From assembly GCF_006345805.1 (NCBI RefSeq), contig NC_042998.1, forward strand, positions 94,674,001 to 94,738,000: a DNA stretch of 64,000 nt, written 5' to 3'. Below are positions 1-13,453 of this stretch, piece after piece. The stretch is from Octopus sinensis (taxonomy: Eukaryota). A program made the position numbers and the translations under genes. Below the pieces are notes generated by a model that saw only the letters and a list, made by a program, of their open reading frames with translations, had not been told where the DNA came from and made no database searches. Numbering within the stretch: the first letter of the stretch is position 1; every line of letters begins with the position of its first letter.

Positions 1-209
1 ATGCATATGTGTATACACATGATTAATGACGTGCACACAAACAAACAAACATAAAGAATGCAGCTCTGATAACAGTCAACAGCTATTGAAGAGGTTGCAA
101 GATGCAATGAAAATTTTAGGAAAAATAGATAAGTAAACGAGTGGAAATCGAACCGGTGAGTGTGTTAAGTAATAAGGCACTAAAGAGAATGACTTTCCCC
201 AGACACAAT

Positions 210-261
<52 letters not shown>

Positions 262-289
262 TGTGCGTGTGTGTGTGTATATGTTCTTC

Positions 290-560
290 ACCATGATAGA
301 TCACTAACCACTACACATTCTTTATTTTCTCTCCTTGTTTCTTTCTGTGTTCCTTTTTGTGGAAGAGCGTAGGAGGCTCAAAACGTTAAAGACTTTTTCA
401 CTTCACGAGCATTATACTAATACATCTATTTGTTGTCTACACCACCTGTCTTCGTCTTTTTGTTTTTTTTGTGAATTCTCCATATATATGTTGTCACCTC
501 TTTTACCTGTGTTCAATACTGAAGAGGACATAACTACTCGAAAATACATACATCTGGGTA
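290..560 (+). mobile_element. Penelope-like terminal repeat fragment with degenerate hammerhead-like motifs
   Basis: Contains tggaagag..gctc-aaaa-cgtt and ctgaagag..ctcgaaa. The same repeat occurs in reverse at ~45310-45435 and ~57440-57630. Confidence 0.45.
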
Positions 561-692
561 GAGGGTGTTCTGAACTGAATTAGTGTTTACCTTTTAGTCT
601 ACAGGGAGAATTTTTTCCACGACAAAATGCAGTGAATTACCTTCTTACAGGTTCAAATATGTCTGTGTGTGTAAACCACAACACATACGCAT

Positions 693-726
<34 letters not shown>

Positions 727-1349
727 AGATGTAAAGAGAAAGAATATTCTGCTAAAGAGCTAGAAATACACAAAACAAAAATCTAATAGAATTTTCTCTT
801 TTTTTTTTTTTTGGTAAATCAAAACATATTTGATTCGTCAACCTCCACATAATATAATGTTATATATTTAACCCGCAATTTCATCACCATTATGATATAA
901 ATTTTAGAACTTTGTCCTAAATATCTTTCAAACACAAAACAAAACATTACTATGCAACAGTGAATTTTTTATCTAAATTCTTCTCCTATACAAACTCACC
1001 TTCTATATGTTAAATTATACATATATTAACATCAAACGGATTACTATAAATTCTCTGCTGGCTTTGTTTTTGTTCCATAAACCTATCTGACGAAACCACA
1101 TGGGGGAAACTATTTTCCCTTGGTATTGCTCCGGCTACTTATTCATTACCTCCTTTTATATATACACTCACATAACAACAACAGAAATCAACTATAGGAA
1201 TATCCAATTGAATCTGGTTCTTTCTTAACAAAATGGTTAAATGGAAAATACCAAATTTACAGACTTCAATATTTTGACGCCATGATACGAACATTAAATG
1301 AAATAATTATAGACACATCAAAGAAACTTATTTCATGAGACAAGGGAAA

Positions 1350-1384
<35 letters not shown>

Positions 1385-1536
1385 ACACACATACATATAT
1401 ACATGTCTACATAAATATATATATAATATTGTGTGTGTGTATGTGTGTGTGTAGATATACGTATACATATTAATTGCTTGTAGGGACACTGTATTTTGTA
1501 ATACAACCATGATATACTACCAAGTGTATTCAATGC

Positions 1537-1580
<44 letters not shown>

Positions 1581-2274
1581 ATGTATGTATGTATGTATGT
1601 ATAAGGACAAAGACAGGTAAATAGACAGCTGAACAGAAGGATAGACAGATAGATAAATAGAGATATATAATTAAAGAAGATAAATAAAATGAAGAGTAGA
1701 GACAACCCTAAACCCAACAAACACTTCAATACTACAAAAACATTTCACTCAATACCTAAACAAACACATACATGCACATACACACACCACACACACACAC
1801 ATACATATACACACACACATACACACATACACACACACACACATTTAAAACATCTACAGGCTCTGAGTGTCAAGATATAACATATACACCTGCCATAACT
1901 GATCAGCCTGTCAAGAGACACAAGGGAGTAAAAATATATATAATGAAAAAAATAATAATGATTCTGAAGTGTAGGCCAGGATAACATAATATGTACATGT
2001 AAATAGCTAGAACCATGATGAATTACAGTACTAGCTACATCTGCCTTGTCCTCTTTTAGTGTCATCTAAATTGGAACCTCCAGTTATAGCAAACCTGGAG
2101 TGGATATGGATTGCAGCTTTCATGTGAAATATCCTCTCTGAATAACTGCATCAAATAATAAGCATTGCAGAAAGAAGCAGCAGATTAAGGGATGTCACAT
2201 CTGGCATAATATATTTATGGATTACTCTCAAACATTTCATTAATTATCTCTGTTATGTAAGATCTTCTTCAGTA

Positions 2275-2744
2275 CAGTAAGGTCTCACCATATTGTGGTT
2301 CACCTATCATGCACTCAGTACATTGTGGATTTTTCTGACTAATATATGTAAATTTATATTGCGGACTCCTCAGTATATTGCAGGTTTCTGCGGCTGAAAG
2401 GTATTTATATTGTTTTAGATTTTAATTATTTCTTTGGTAAAATAAGCATTTTCATGCTTAGAAATTAATAAATAAAAATAGAGTACAGTACTGCACTGTA
2501 TAACACATTAATTAAAATATATTAAAAGAAAATACGTAGTGTACCACAAAGAATCGTACATGCTGTATGGAAAACGAAACCTGGGAGGTGAGTTTGGTGT
2601 TGTTTTGCATTTGTAATAAAATATATACAAATTATAAAAATCATAAGATATATATACAGTACAGTACTGTTTCTACTTTGCAGATTTTCACCTATCGCTG
2701 TGAGGTTTTGGAATGTAACACCTGTGATAGTCGAGGGATTACTG
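2275..2744. mobile_element. Tigger/pogo-like MITE
   Basis: Termini ta|cagtaaggtctc... and ...gagggattactg|ta are imperfect inverted repeats flanked by TA; no coding capacity. Confidence 0.65.
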
Positions 2745-4945
2745 TAGTTACATAATTCTAGACTACATCCCTAATTTCTCACAAACAGATTTTCTCTTTC
2801 TTCTTCTTTTACTGTTAATTTTAAAATTGCTTCTACTTCTTGAACTTAGTTGTGCACCATCTTTGCCCTAGCTTATCCAATGCTCTATTCTCTGTTTTCC
2901 TACTGTGTTGAACTAACCTTAGCCATGCACAAAGCACCGTTTAATCCTTCCACCTCAGAGCTGCAATCTACTGACATTTGTTTTTTAGCTCTGTTTTCTC
3001 AATATAAGAATCAACCTGTAGGAGTTCATTTCAGGATATCAACCAATAAGGGCCTGCAAAAGTAACGGACACTATTCTTTATTCTTGGGTATTCTCTCGA
3101 CTGAGTTGTATTCTGTTTCTTTATGTTAACATTACTCATTTAGAAAATCATAGGAAAAAAAAGTGGATCCCATTGGTGGAATTGAGAAAAAAAGAAAAAG
3201 AGGCAGACAGAAAAAGAGATGGAGGGATTATACTGAAGAATGTATGAAGGTAATAAAGGAAAGTATGTGATTGGTTTTAACAGGAATGATAAAAAGCAAG
3301 AAGAGGCTTGAAGATAGATACATCTAGCAAGGTCTGTTATATCCCAAGACAGTCAGGAAAAGTCAACTCATACCACTGTATCCTTTATAGTTTTTCTGAT
3401 AAAATGATAATCATTTCTTAACATTTACATAATTATTTATTTCACTTCTGACTTAGGCATAAGACCTATTCTCGAGGAGACACGGAGCAAATCTTGGAGA
3501 GAGAGAAAAGGAAATTACTGAGAAAGTTGTGAACAGTGATGAAAGAACTTTGACTAACAAACAACTGATTGGTTGTTTAGCCAGCGCATTAAACAAACGA
3601 TTGATTAGTTAGTTGGTTAGATATTTAACCAACAATAAAGAAGTGATACTGAACCAGTACATGTGTTAAGATTATTGGCATAATGACCCTCCCAAGATAC
3701 AACAATATTTATTTATACTTTGTGAATAATAACATTAGGGAGAAGAGATTATTTACAATCAGCAAAAGGATTTTGTAAGTGGTCACAATGTTTAAGGGAT
3801 ATATCATTAATCAAGGTGTTAGGCCATTATACTTTACAGCAAAACAGTCACTGTATCATATAACAAAGGAAGAAATTTTACAAAACTACATTTTTCTCTT
3901 TGTCCAACAGTTTACTCATCTCAAACTGGAAAATCGCCAATATGATAATGTTCCCACTCATTTGGCCCAAATTAATCAAAACTTTAACCAAGGTCATGAA
4001 ACTGATACTTTGTCTTCACCTAGACAGTCTGAAAAACCTTAACCACGTTATAAATCATTGGCACATCTTTCAGTGAAAGCAACACTGAAGAACTTTTAAA
4101 ATTAGAGCCCACATTATTGAAAACATTTGTTGTCAGTATGATTAACAGAGTTGGAAACTTCAAGATAATCATGCTAGAGGCATTGATTATTAAGTTTGGG
4201 TTATGAATAAACATAAATTCTATTTTTATTTGTATTTTTTATTATTATTTTTTTATAATTGGAATATAATAGATAATCTGATTTCAAAATTTTTTCTTAA
4301 ATAATGAAAAAATAGAACAGATTTTCAAAAGAAATCAAGAATTTTGCAGGTGTTCCATATTTTACAACGGGATGAGTGTACATGTTTACACACATGTATG
4401 TGTGTATATATATATATATGTGTGTGTGCCTGTACGTGTAGTATTAAAATGTTAGTGTATATATATATATATATATATATATCATCAACACATTAAATGA
4501 TGATGATAATATCTATATATACACTTATATTTTAATACTATATGTACATGTATACACACACACACACACACACACATGCATATATGCATGTAAATGTACA
4601 TACATATATACATGCATGTAAATATACATACATATATGCATACATACACATACACACACTCATACACACACACACACAAACACACACACATACAACCACA
4701 AATAATATACATAAGTATGCATGTACATGTGTGTATGGGCGCATGAGTGCAAATGTGCATTGAATGTAATAGATTTGTAAAAAAAATATTTATCTTGAGA
4801 GATAAAAAAATTCACTAAACACTGACTGAATCAAGCTAAAATGACTTTTGCCGAGTTTGATTCACATCTGTAAGTTCTTTGCCTTATTTTAAAATGTTTT
4901 TTGTAATCTCAAATTATTGTTTACAAATATATAGCATTTAATAAT

Positions 4946-5162
4946 CTCTTTTACTCAGGGCCCAAGGCCAGAAATTTTGGGCGAGTTGGAGGCCAGTTGA
5001 TTAGATTTAACCCTAGTATGCAACTGGTACTTAATTTATCAACCCCAAAAGGATGAAAGGCAAAGTCGACCTCAGTGGAATTTGAACTCAGAACATAATG
5101 ATAGATGAAATACTGCTAAGCATTTCACCCAGTGTGCTAATGTTTCTGCCAGCTCGCTGCCT
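4946..5162 (-). mobile_element. tRNA-derived SINE (Meta/MESC-like central domain), partial
   Basis: Reverse complement matches the repeat ggcggcgagctggcagaa...gaggtcgactttgcctttcatcc seen at 6134, 16316 and 34563. Confidence 0.8.
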
Positions 5163-5227
5163 TATATAGCATTTAATATTGTTTGTGTTAAAGTGTTCTT
5201 CTGATTTTTAGCTATTTAGTTAATACA

Positions 5228-5438
5228 CATCATCATCATCATCATTGTTCAACCGTGGTTGAGACAATGGAATTTACCATGCTACACCAGACTTCATGGT
5301 CCATCATGGCATTACGGAGGTCCTGTTGCTGGATGCCTGTATCCCTGGAGATTACATCAGGGTAGGAGAGTGTGTGCCCTCTGGTATTGCGAGTAGATGG
5401 CTTCCAGAGGAGAAGAGGAGAAATTGCCTTGTTTTCAG
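5228..5438 (-). mobile_element. RTE-clade LINE 3' end (second family) with (TGA)n tail
   Basis: Minus-strand translation ...RGHTLSYPDVISRDTGIQQQDLRNAMMDHEVW... resembles an RTE ORF C-terminus and is followed by a (CAT)n tract on +. Confidence 0.6.
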
Positions 5439-5467
5439 TTAATACACACACACACACATATATATGC

Positions 5468-6080
5468 ATAGGCATGAAAGAAATGAAACTAGTAGGCTTC
5501 ACTGGATGTGCAGTATCAGTGTGCATGTCCGACAGAGTGTGAGCATCTTGAGAAAAAAGTTGCACATAAGAGACATCAGATGTGGTGTGCAAGGGAGACA
5601 AGTGCACTGGTATGTCCATGTGATGTGTAGGGATGAGGACAGCTGTGTAAAGAAGTGCCAATCTCTGACTGTAAAGGGAGCCTGTGGAAGAAACAGACCC
5701 AGGAAGATATGGGATGAGGTGGTGAAGCATGATCTTTGAACATTGGGCCTTACAGGGGCAATGACAAGCGACTGAGATCTCTCGCGATTTGCTGTCTTTG
5801 AGAAAACTCATCAAGCCAAGTGAAATTGTAGTTGTGGCCGATGCCAGTGTCACATAACTGGCACCCGAGCCAGTGGCACACAGAAGCACCCATGCCATTG
5901 GTACATAAAAGTACCCATTACACTCTTGGAGTGGTTGGCATTGGGAAGGGCATCCAGCTATAGCAACCATGCCAAATCAGACTGGAACTTGGTGCAGCCC
6001 TCTGGTTTACCAGTTCCAGTCAAACCATCGACTCCCTGCCAACATGAAAAGCAGATATTAAATGGTGATGATGATGATGA
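5468..6080 (+). mobile_element. 5'-truncated RTE LINE (degenerate ORF C-terminus plus 3' UTR)
   Basis: Translation LHWMCSISV..REKL..RCGVQ..HWY.HV...EDSCVKKC...G.C.R.RP.K.WDEVVKHDL, then the family 3' tail ending in (ATG)n. Confidence 0.85.
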
Positions 6081-6133
6081 CGATATATGGAGTAGTTAGG
6101 GCAAAGCAATGTGTTTAATATATATAAATATAA

Positions 6134-6366
6134 GGACGGCGAGCTGGCAGAATTGTTAGCACACTGGGTGAAGTGCTTAGCAGTATTTTGTCTGCCATTA
6201 CGTTCTGAGTTCAAATTCCGCCGAGGTTGACTCTGCCTTTCATCCTTTCGGGGTCGATTAAATAAGTACCAGTCACGTACTAGGGTCGATGTTATCAACT
6301 TAGTCCCTTTGTCTGTTCTTGTTTGTACCCTCTATGTTTAGCCTCCTGTGGGCAATAAAGAAATAA
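6134..6366 (+). mobile_element. tRNA-derived SINE (Meta/MESC-like), full length
   Basis: tRNA-like head with B-box-like gagttcaaattcc, central gcctttcatcctttcggggtcgat, and tail gggcaataaagaaataa. Confidence 0.85.
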
Positions 6367-8066
6367 ATATATATAAATATATATGTGTGTGTGTATTTAT
6401 ATATATCATCATCATCATCATCATCATCATTATTTAACATACGTTTTCCAATAGCTTTAATTGAGGTAATGTTTAAAATGTGATGAAGGCATTTTTGGTG
6501 GAATTGTTCTAACAATTTGAAATGTCTTTCATAACATGTCCATGTTTCAGAAGAATACACACACACACATAATGGGCTTCTTTCAGTTTCTGTCAGCCAA
6601 ATTCATTCACATGGCTTTGGCTGGCCCGAGTCTGTAGTAGAAGGCACTTGCTCAAGATGCCACACAGTGGGACTGAATCCAAGACTACATGGTTATGTTC
6701 TTGAACAAAACACTTCATCTCACATTGCTATGCAATCACTTCACACCTGACGTGTGGTACACCATGCAGCTGTACAGGTAATGACGATTTGATGGAGGGA
6801 GTGAGCTAATGTACAGCACATACACTTGATCATTATAAACAAATCATTTGTGCAGTTTGTTTGGCAAAAGCTGAATGCTCACATGTCATCTTCCATAGAA
6901 GAGTCCATCATATATATAAATACACACACAGAGATTTCATTATACTAGGTTGGAATAATTATTGTGATAAGTCTTAGATAAAAAAATCTAAAACTTTATA
7001 TCATGTATTGAGTACTAAATTTGAAAGTAGTCCATGTCAAATGAACCAAATTTAACAAAAAAATATACAAAACAAATTATATATCCACACATGCATTTCA
7101 TATATGTCTTGAAAAAGTCCTCCTATATATGTTAGACTAAAGGTGCGTTCATTTGAAGACTTTGTCCTTTTGAATATACTCATGTCAAATCTAACCAGAC
7201 AAGCTCCATTCATTTTTGTTAGATGGGGTGGGGTAGCTATTAAAATTAGCATAACGTCAGTGATGGGATATGAACTGTTGAACCTTCTGTTTGTAGTCTG
7301 ATACTATATAAAGTTGGTTTATAGTTACAACCTTCACCTAAATAAACATACATACACACTCACATATATAAGTCTTTATATGTATATAGATTCAGTATGC
7401 TATAACATTGATCATAAGACACAACAATGTTTTCACTCTATATCAGAAAGTATAAAATTAGCTGGGGAAAAAAATCGATAAATTATAAGAGAGACCATGT
7501 GATTTGTTTTGAATGGAATAGTTTGGGTGACTGCGGTAATTATTCTACTTCAAAGAATTTGATGAAAGCAATTTATGTCTTACCTCTTTTCTTATCAGTC
7601 TCACTTTCTCTAAGTGTCTGTCCCTTATTCATTCTATAATGTCTTCTCTGATATCTTTGATTTAATCTCTCCTATATAGTCAGAGCATCATCTCTTTATT
7701 ACTGGATCACTAGTTAAGTTTGTATCACTTGGACCTTCTTCTTTTGTCATGGTAAGGTTTCACCAAATTTTTAAAATATCACTTTTAAAACAAAACAAGT
7801 TTTATAACTTCTGACAAGTGTCACATGGCAACCAAGAATGTGAACAGCATAAAAGTGAACAAGAGGACGTATTTCTTGCAGTTCGAAATCAGCACAGAGC
7901 AAAGGAGTGGAATGTCTTGAATATTAATAGTGTGGGATTGATTTTGAGTAAGATTAGAAGAGACAGTTGATTAAACACAAATTGAAAAGCTCTCTCAGTT
8001 CTTGAATTTTTTAATGTTTTATCTGTAACCCTTTTGTTACCATAGTTCATATTTTGTTACCACAAT

Positions 8067-8449
8067 AGGTGCAGGTATGAGTGTGTGGTTAAAAAGCATG
8101 CTTCCCAACCATGTGGTCTCAGGTTCACTTTCACTATTCAGTACCTTGGGCAAGTGTTTCTACAGAAGCTCTGTGCTGGTCAAAGCCTTATGAGTGGATT
8201 TGGTGGATGGAAACTGAAAAAAGCCTCTGTGTGTGTGTGTGTGTGTGTGTGTGATGTCATACAAGTGAGGTTGTGCATTTCCAGTCCTCCATGCAAATCA
8301 TGTCTGGCCAAGGGGAAACTTTACCTCGCTTGAGGTGAGGGTTGTTGACAAGAAAAGCATCCAGCTGTAGAAAACCTGCCTCAACAAGTTCTGTCTTACC
8401 TATGCAAGCATAGAAAAGTGGACATTAGATGATGATGATAATGATGATA
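8067..8449 (+). mobile_element. tRNA/CORE-like SINE with RTE-type tail
   Basis: Head ...accttgggcaagtg..., internal (TG)n, tail gcatccagctgtagaaaac...(ATG)n shared with the RTE copies. Confidence 0.7.
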
Positions 8450-8770
8450 ATTTCTTTTGATGAACACTAACTTTGCTTCAATTAATTTTGAAAATAATGA
8501 AGAATTTAGTAAAATATCTGCATCATTTTTGGGGACATAAATTAAAATGGAACTTTGATGGAAAGTTTTAAATTAGAATCATTTTGAATATGAAATTTGC
8601 ATAGCTTACTTACTGACCACATGGTTCCAGGTTCAGTCCCACTGCATGGCACCTTGGGCAAGTGTCATCTACTATAGCCTCAGGCCAACCATAGCCTTGT
8701 GAGTTGATTTGGTAGACGGAAACTGAAAGAAGCTCGTTGTATATACATACATATATATATATATATATAT

Positions 8771-11700
8771 CATCATCATCATCATCATCATCATTTAACG
8801 TCCGCTTTCCATGCTAGCATGGGTTGGACGGTTCAACTGGGGTCTGGGGAGCCCGAAGGCTGCACCAGGCCAGTCAGATCTGGCAGTGTTTCTACAGCTG
8901 GATGCCCTTCCTAACGCCAACCACTCCGAGAGTGTAGTGGGTGATTTTATGTACCACCGACACAGGTGCCAGACGAGGCTGGCGAACGGCCACGCTCGGA
9001 TGGTGTTTTTTATGTGCCACCGACACAGGTGCCAGACGAGGCTGGCAGACGGCCACGCTCGGATGGTGTTTTTATGTGCCCACAGCACGGAGGCCAGTCG
9101 ATGCGGTACTGGCTATGGCCACGTTCGGATGGTTTTCTTGTGTGCCACCGGCACTGGTACCACAAAGATACAAATTCCATTAATGTTCATCTATTTTGAT
9201 TTGTTTTGATTTTCACTTGCCTCAACAGGTCTTCACAAGTGTCACAAGAAGGAAGGTATGCACAGGTGGACTGACTACGTCCCAGGTAGGGGCCACGGGT
9301 TATGACCTGACTAGTCTTGCCGGGTCTTCGGATGGTGTTTTTATGTGCCACCGACATAGGTGCTAGATGAGGCTGGCGAACGGCCACGATCGGATGGTGT
9401 TTGTTACGTGCCCACAGCACGGAGGCCAGTCGATGCGGTACTGGCTACGGCCACGTTCGGATGGATTTCTTGTGTGCCACCGGCACTGGTACCACAAAGA
9501 TACAAATTCCATTGATGTTCATCTATTTTGAATTGTTTTGATTTTGATTTTGATTTTGATTTTGATTTTGATTTTCACTTGCCTCAACAGGTCTTCACAA
9601 GTGTCACAAGAAGGAAGGTATGCACAGGTGGACTGATTACGTCCCAGGCAGGGGCCACAGGTTATGGCCTGACTAGTCTTGCCGGGTCTTCGGATGGTGT
9701 TTTTATGTGCCACCGACACAGGTGCCAGATGAGGCTGGCGAACGGCCACGATCGGATGGTGTTTGTTACGTGCCCACAGCACGGAGGTCAGTCGGTGCGG
9801 TACTGGCTACGGCCACGTTCGGATGGTTTTCTTGTGTGCCACCGGCACTGGTACCACAAAGATACAAATTCCATTGATGTTCATCTATTTTGATTTGTTT
9901 TGATTTGATTTTGATTTTCACTTGCCTCAACAGGCCTTCACAAGTATCACAAGAAGGAAGGTATGCACAGGTGGAATGACCACGTCCCAGGTAGGGGCCA
10001 TGGGTTATGGCCTGACTAGTCTTGCCGGGTCTTCGGATGGTGTTTTTATGTGCCACCGACACAGGTGCCAGATGAGGCTGGCGAACGGCCACGATCGGAT
10101 GGTGTTTGTTATGTGCCCACAGCACGATGGCCAGTCGATGCAGTACTGGCTACGGCCACGTTCGGATGGATTTCTTGTGTGCCACCGGCACTGGTACCAC
10201 AAAGATACAAATTCCATTGATGTTCATCTATTTTGATTTTGATTTTGATTTTGATTTTCACTTGCCTCAACAGGTCTTCACAAGTGTCACAAGAAGGAAG
10301 GTATGCACAGGTGGACTGACTACGTCCCAGGTAGGGGCCACGGGTTATGACCTGACTAGTCTTGCCGGGTCTTCGGATGGTGTTTTTATGTGCCACCGAC
10401 ACAGGTGCCAGATGAGGCTGGCGAACGGCCACGATCGGATGGTGTTTGTTACGTGCCCACAGCACGGAGGTCAGTCGGTGCGGTACTGGCTACGGCCACG
10501 TTCGGATGGTTTTCTTGTGTGCCACCGGCACTGGTACCACAAAGATACAAATTCCATTGATGTTCATCTATTTTGATTTGTTTTGATTTGATTTTGATTT
10601 TCACTTGCCTCAACAGGCCTTCACAAGTATCACAAGAAGGAAGGTATGCACAGGTGGAATGACCACGTCCCAGGTAGGGGCCATGGGTTATGGCCTGACT
10701 AGTCTTGCCGGGTCTTCGGATGGTGTTTTTATGTGCCACCGACACAGGTGCCAGATGAGGCTGGCGAACGGCCACGATCGGATGGTGTTTGTTATGTGCC
10801 CACAGCACGATGGCCAGTCGATGCAGTACTGGCTACGGCCACGTTCGGATGGATTTCTTGTGTGCCACCGGCACTGGTACCACAAAGATACAAATTCCAT
10901 TGATGTTCATCTATTTTGATTTTGATTTTGATTTGATTTTCACTTGCCTCAACAGGTCTTCACAAGTGTCACAAGAAGGAAGGTATGCACAGGTGGACTG
11001 ACTACGTCCCAGGTAGGGGCCACGGGTTATGACCTGACTAGTCTTGCCGGGTCTTCGGATGGTGTTTTTATGTGTCACCGACACAGGTGCCATATGAGGC
11101 TGGCGAACGGCCACGATCGGATGGTGTTTGTCATGTGCCCACAGCACGGAGGCCAGTCGATGCGGAGGTGCCATATGAGGCTGGCGAACGGCCACGATCG
11201 GATGGTGTTTGTCATGTGCCCACAGCACGGAGGCCAGTCGATGTGGTACTGGCTATGGCCACGTTCGGATGGTTTTCTTGTGTGCCACCGGCACTGGTAC
11301 CACAAAGATACAAATTCCATTGATGTTCATCTATTTTGATTTGTTTTGATTTTCACTTGCCTCAGCAGGTCTTCACAAGTGTCACAAGAAGGAAGGTATG
11401 CACAGGTGGACCGACTACGTCCCAGGTAGGGGCCACGGGTTATGGCCTGACTAGTCCTGCTGGGTCGTCTCACGCACAGCACACTTCCATAGGACTCGGT
11501 CTCTAGTCATTTCCTTGGTGAGACCTAAAGTTTGAAGGTCGTGCTTCACCACCTCGTCCCAGGTTTTCCTGGGTTTACCTCTTCCACAGGTTCCCTCAAC
11601 TGCTAGGGTGTAGCACTTTTGCACACAACTATCTTCAGCCATTCTCGTCACATGACCATACCAGCGCAGCCGTCTCTCTTGCACACCACAACTGACGCTT

Positions 11701-11880
11701 CTTAGGTTCAACTTTTCTCTCAAGGTACTTACACTCTGACGATTATGAACACTGACATTACACATCCATCGGAGCATACTGGCTTCATTTCTTGCGAGCT
11801 TACGCATATCCTCAGCAGTCATGGCCCATGTTTCACTACCATGTAGCATGGCTGTACGTACACATGCATCATACAGTCTG

Positions 11881-11884
<4 letters not shown>
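8771..11884 (-). mobile_element. 5'-truncated RTE LINE with tandemly amplified 3' UTR
   Basis: Intact ORF C-terminus at 11451-11849 (MLHGSETWAMT...RRLRWYGHV..M...G...RGKPRKTWDEVV..DL), seven 3'-UTR units, and a (CAT)n tail at 8771-8793. Confidence 0.92.
8930..11466 (-). repeat. Tandem array of ~340-bp RTE 3'-UTR units
   Basis: Junction gggtc|ttcggatgg at ~9326, 9688, 10031, 10371, 10714 and 11053; ORF end at ~11466. ORF-track entries are duplicated at an exact 683-bp offset. Confidence 0.95.
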
Positions 11885-11950
<66 letters not shown>

Positions 11951-12222
11951 TGTGTGTATGTATATGTTTGTGTGTCTGTGATTGTCCCTCCACTATTGCT
12001 TGACAACTGATGTTGGTGTGCTTATGTCCCCATAACTTAGTGGTTCGGTAAAAGAAACTGATAGAATAAGTACTAGGCTTACAAAAGAATAAGTCCTGGG
12101 GTCGATTTGTTCGCCTAAAGGTGGTGCTCCAGCATGACTGCAGTCAAATGACTGAATCGAATAAAAGAATAAAAGAGAACCAGGGGCAGTTTTGCATAGG
12201 TTGGTATGAAAAGGGTTAACAA

Positions 12223-12624
12223 ACTCTTTTACTTTTTTACTCCTTTGCTTGTTTCAATCATTTGACTGTGGCCATACTGGAGCACCACCTTTAGTCGAGC
12301 AAATCGACCCCAGGACTTATTCTTTGTAGGCCTAGTACTTATTCTATAGGTCTCTTTTGCCGAACCGCTAAGTTACGGGGACGGAAACACACCAACATTG
12401 GTTGTCAAGTGATGTTGGGGGGAGAAACACAGACACACAAACACACACACATATAGATATACATATATACGATGGGCTTCTTTCAGTTTCCATCTACTAA
12501 ATCCACTAACAAGGCTTTGGTCAGCCTGAGGCTATAGTAGAAGACAATTGCCCAGGGTGCCACGCAGTGGGACTGAACTTGGAACCATATGATTGGTAAG
12601 CAAGCTACTTACCACATAGCCACT
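12223..12624 (-). mobile_element. tRNA/CORE-like SINE, full length
   Basis: Reverse complement of gtggctgtgtggtaagtagcttgc...accttgggcaagtgtcttctactatagcctc...gaaacaagtaaaagag. Copies at 33558-33996, 60345-60760, 62195-62582 and 63757-64000. Confidence 0.85.
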
Positions 12625-12814
12625 ATAACATTTATCATTATAAAAGGGATATGAGGATTTACAATAATCCCATAGAAACTTACAGCCAGATCCCATAACA
12701 AAAAAAAAGAACAAACTATTACACACAAATAAGTGAAAACCCTTGATTATTACTAATTTTAGTGTCCACTACTGGATTAATTGGTTTGTTCAATTTTTGG
12801 GCCTCACGGAAGCA

Positions 12815-13220
12815 AGTTCCTTTTGAATGGCCCTCATGGAGACAAGGTGGCTGAGTTCCTTTCAAGTGTTGGGTTTCATGGAGGCGAAGTGGCCAAGCTC
12901 CCTTCAAGTGTTGGGCTTCATGGAGGCAATGACCAAGACTTTTTGTATTATGTTATGCTTGAGAAGAAGACCCATCAAGCTGAAGAAAATTGCAGTTGTG
13001 GCAGGTACCAGTGTCATGCAAATGGCATCCATGCCGGTGGCACATAAAAGCACCCGTTACACTCTCGGAGTGGTTGGCATTAGGAAGGGCATCCAGCTGT
13101 AGAAAACCATGTCAAATCAGATTGGATCTTGGCGCAGCCTTCCAGTGTGCCAGCCCAGTCAAACTGTCCAACCCATGCCAGCATGGACAACAGACGTTAA
13201 ATAATGATGATGATGATGTC
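12815..13220 (+). mobile_element. RTE-derived short element with 5' ~41-nt tandem repeats
   Basis: Repeated ttcaagtgttgggcttcatggaggc, then the RTE ORF end and tail. A similar copy lies at 63055-63452. Confidence 0.7.
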
Positions 13221-13453
13221 CATGCTTTTCATAAGTACATTAACAAAATATTCAAAGTAAAATGATTCTCACAGGAAATGAAACCCAACTCACAAACTTA
13301 CCACCATATCATAGTATTAATCTCATCTATTAATGTTATCACTCAAGCAGGCAAAGTCAGCAGTTAAATCTCCCCTAAACAACACAGTATCATCTTTAAA
13401 ATGCTTGGACAAAAAAAGTAATATCACTTTTTCCTACGTTACAGACAATGAAA

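Noticed and set aside
6134-6230. tRNA-like sequences
   Set aside because: These are SINE heads with A/B-box remnants and no complete cloverleaf.
8930-11466. Repeat-spacer appearance suggestive of CRISPR
   Set aside because: The units are long, the spacers are homologous to each other, the array is contiguous with an RTE ORF and tail, the context is eukaryotic, and there are no cas genes.
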